NCBI RefSeq assembly: GCF_001194135.2
Contig: NC_068988.1
Coordinates: forward strand, 31,204,154 to 31,241,191
DNA from: Octopus bimaculoides
Lineage: Eukaryota
Reading direction: 5' to 3'
Length of the DNA: 37,038 nucleotides
How positions within the stretch are numbered: the stretch's first letter is position 1; every line of letters begins with the position of its first letter. Position numbers and translations under genes: made by a program. The notes under the pieces are model-generated. The model was given only the letters and a program-made list of their open reading frames with translations. It had not been told where the DNA came from and made no database searches. This document shows, piece after piece, positions 35,346 through 37,038 of the stretch.

Positions 35346-35384
35346 CTCAAAGTTTTGTAGTAATAAACAGATAACACAATGAAC

Positions 35385-35597
35385 AGGAAGGCGAAGAAGA
35401 ATGCGAAGTAGAAGGAAAAGCAGAAGGAGGAAGAATAGGTAGCGGAGGAGGAGGAGGAGAAGAATGAGGAAGAAGAAGAAAAAGCAGAGGAAGAAGAAAA
35501 GGAGAAAGAGGAGCAGAAGAAGAAGAAGGAGGAGGAGGAGGAGGAGAAGAAGAAGAAGAAGAAGAAGAAGAAGAAGAAGAAGAAGAAGAAGAAGAAG

Positions 35598-35626
<29 letters not shown>
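35385..35626. repeat. Polypurine tract ending in perfect (GAA)27 (35546-35626)
   Basis: Direct reading. Confidence 0.96.
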
Positions 35627-35629
<3 letters not shown>

Positions 35630-36099
35630 CATTATCCACCTCGGCAATAATAGGAGTAACAACAAGCTATGTTCTGTACAATAAAGAAATTTATTTTGAC
35701 ATGAAGTATTTAATAGAATAAAAAGGTGAGTTGGTGTTTTTTTTTCTGAACAAATATTTCTATGAATTTCAAAGAAATTGGATAGCGAGATAAAAATCAG
35801 TTCAATGATAACTAGACAGAAAAGGCAGCAGTTGATTTGAAGGGCGAGGATGTTCAGTCACTTTTTAATTTGACGCTCTGTCTTTCTTTCAGTTTAGGCA
35901 TAAAAGACTTGTATTTATTTCAACATGATTTTCATAGACAGTCAGTTTCAATTATCGGATGTGAATACTGTATAACGGGCATTGGACATAGTTTTGACCA
36001 TATATCGAATGTATTTTATGAGTAACTATTAAGTTGAATAATAAATACACGCACTTACCAATACACAAAAGTATGTGCACGCGAGTATGTGTGCATGTG

Positions 36100-36114
36100 T
36101 GTGTGAGTGTGTGA

Positions 36115-36176
<62 letters not shown>
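36100..36176. repeat. (GT)n microsatellite
   Basis: Direct reading. Confidence 0.96.
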
Positions 36177-36178
<2 letters not shown>

Positions 36179-36257
36179 CTTCCCCTAGCGGCAAGTTATT
36201 TCAAAGGAGATAATATTTTCCTTCCGACTTCAAGTCTGAGTTCGAAATTAAAGAACA

Positions 36258-36655
36258 GGCGTAGGAGTTGCTATGTAGTAAGTAGCTTGCTCATGAACCA
36301 CATGGTTCCGGGGGTTCAGTCCCACTGCGTGGCACCTTGGGCAAGTGTCTTCTACTATAGCCTCAGTCCCAACTAAAGCCTTGTGAGTGGATTTGGTAGA
36401 CGGAAAGAAGCCCGTCGTATATATGTATATATATGTATGTATGTGTGTATATCTGTGTGTCTGTGTTTGTTCCTCCAGCATTGCCTGACAACCGATGCTG
36501 GGGTGTTTACGTCCCCGTAACTTAGCGGTTCGGCAAAAGAGACCGATAGAATAAGTACTAGGCTTACAAAGAATAAGTCCTGGGGTCGATTTGCTCGACT
36601 GAAGGCTGTGCTCCAGTATGACCACAGTCACATGAATGAAACAAGTAAAAGAGAA
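36258..36655 (+). mobile_element. SINE family A, full length, best-preserved copy
   Basis: tRNA-like head with GGGTTCAGTCCC B-box-like motif, CCTTGGGCAAGTGTC, internal TA/TG repeat at 36417-36462, 3' half and A-rich tail; collinear with 6621-7281. Confidence 0.93.
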
Positions 36656-37038
36656 AAAGGAAAGCGTGTATTAAATATACATGTCTAATTTATTTTTTGT
36701 GATGGGGTTCTTAAAATATCTTGTCAGTTGCAATCATGTATAATGCTATTCATTCTTTCCACAAATTGTCAGCGTAATATATGACTTCAGATATTTCAAT
36801 TGAATATTTTAGGAAGCAAAACATTTCTCCTAGCTGGAAGAAATTCAATGCAAGTGAGTGTTTTTTGTTTTAACTTTTCCTTCTTAGACCGTTAGTAGCT
36901 TAGTAATCAAGAAAGCAGAAAGAAAGTGTTCTTAGTGTCTCTGCAAACAGTAAGGGCTTCCAGGGAATTTTACCTCCTGAAGGTATCTTAATGCAGCTAA
37001 TACAATATATATATATATATATATACATACATATATAT

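Noticed and set aside
36258-36330. tRNA-like sequences (also 5178, 6621, 9071, 28103)
   Set aside because: No complete cloverleaf; each continues into a SINE body.
3895-37038. Long ORFs in the track rich in YI/HT/CV/LS dipeptides, poly-L/R/F/D/S, or X runs
   Set aside because: Translations of microsatellites or N-gaps.

Overview
Repeat-dense eukaryotic DNA, AT-rich, with eight N-gaps. The SINE families and extreme microsatellite load suggest a cephalopod, probably Octopus (inference from my recollection of these repeats, not a search). No host protein-coding gene, rRNA, true tRNA gene or CRISPR can be supported; most ORFs in the track are microsatellite or N-gap artefacts. The recognisable coding sequence is all decayed transposon: a Penelope-like RT/GIY-YIG linker fragment (9.5 kb), two different mariner remnants (17.8 kb; 31.9-33.0 kb with an intact D34D spacing), an RTE 3' end (19.1 kb), a Helitron Rep-helicase fragment (20.9-22.0 kb) and a Tx1/L1-like LINE (29.4-31.7 kb). 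There are also three tRNA-derived SINE families, two TTAA-flanked MITEs and several long hairpins. The best lead is the Tx1-like element: ORF1 appears joined directly to the post-RT part of ORF2 (endonuclease and RT missing), and TCTA-type repeat lies on both sides, suggesting a (GATA)n-targeted, internally deleted retroelement. The RTE fragment likewise sits inside a (CATA)n array. All translations and alignments were done by eye; repeat boundaries are approximate.
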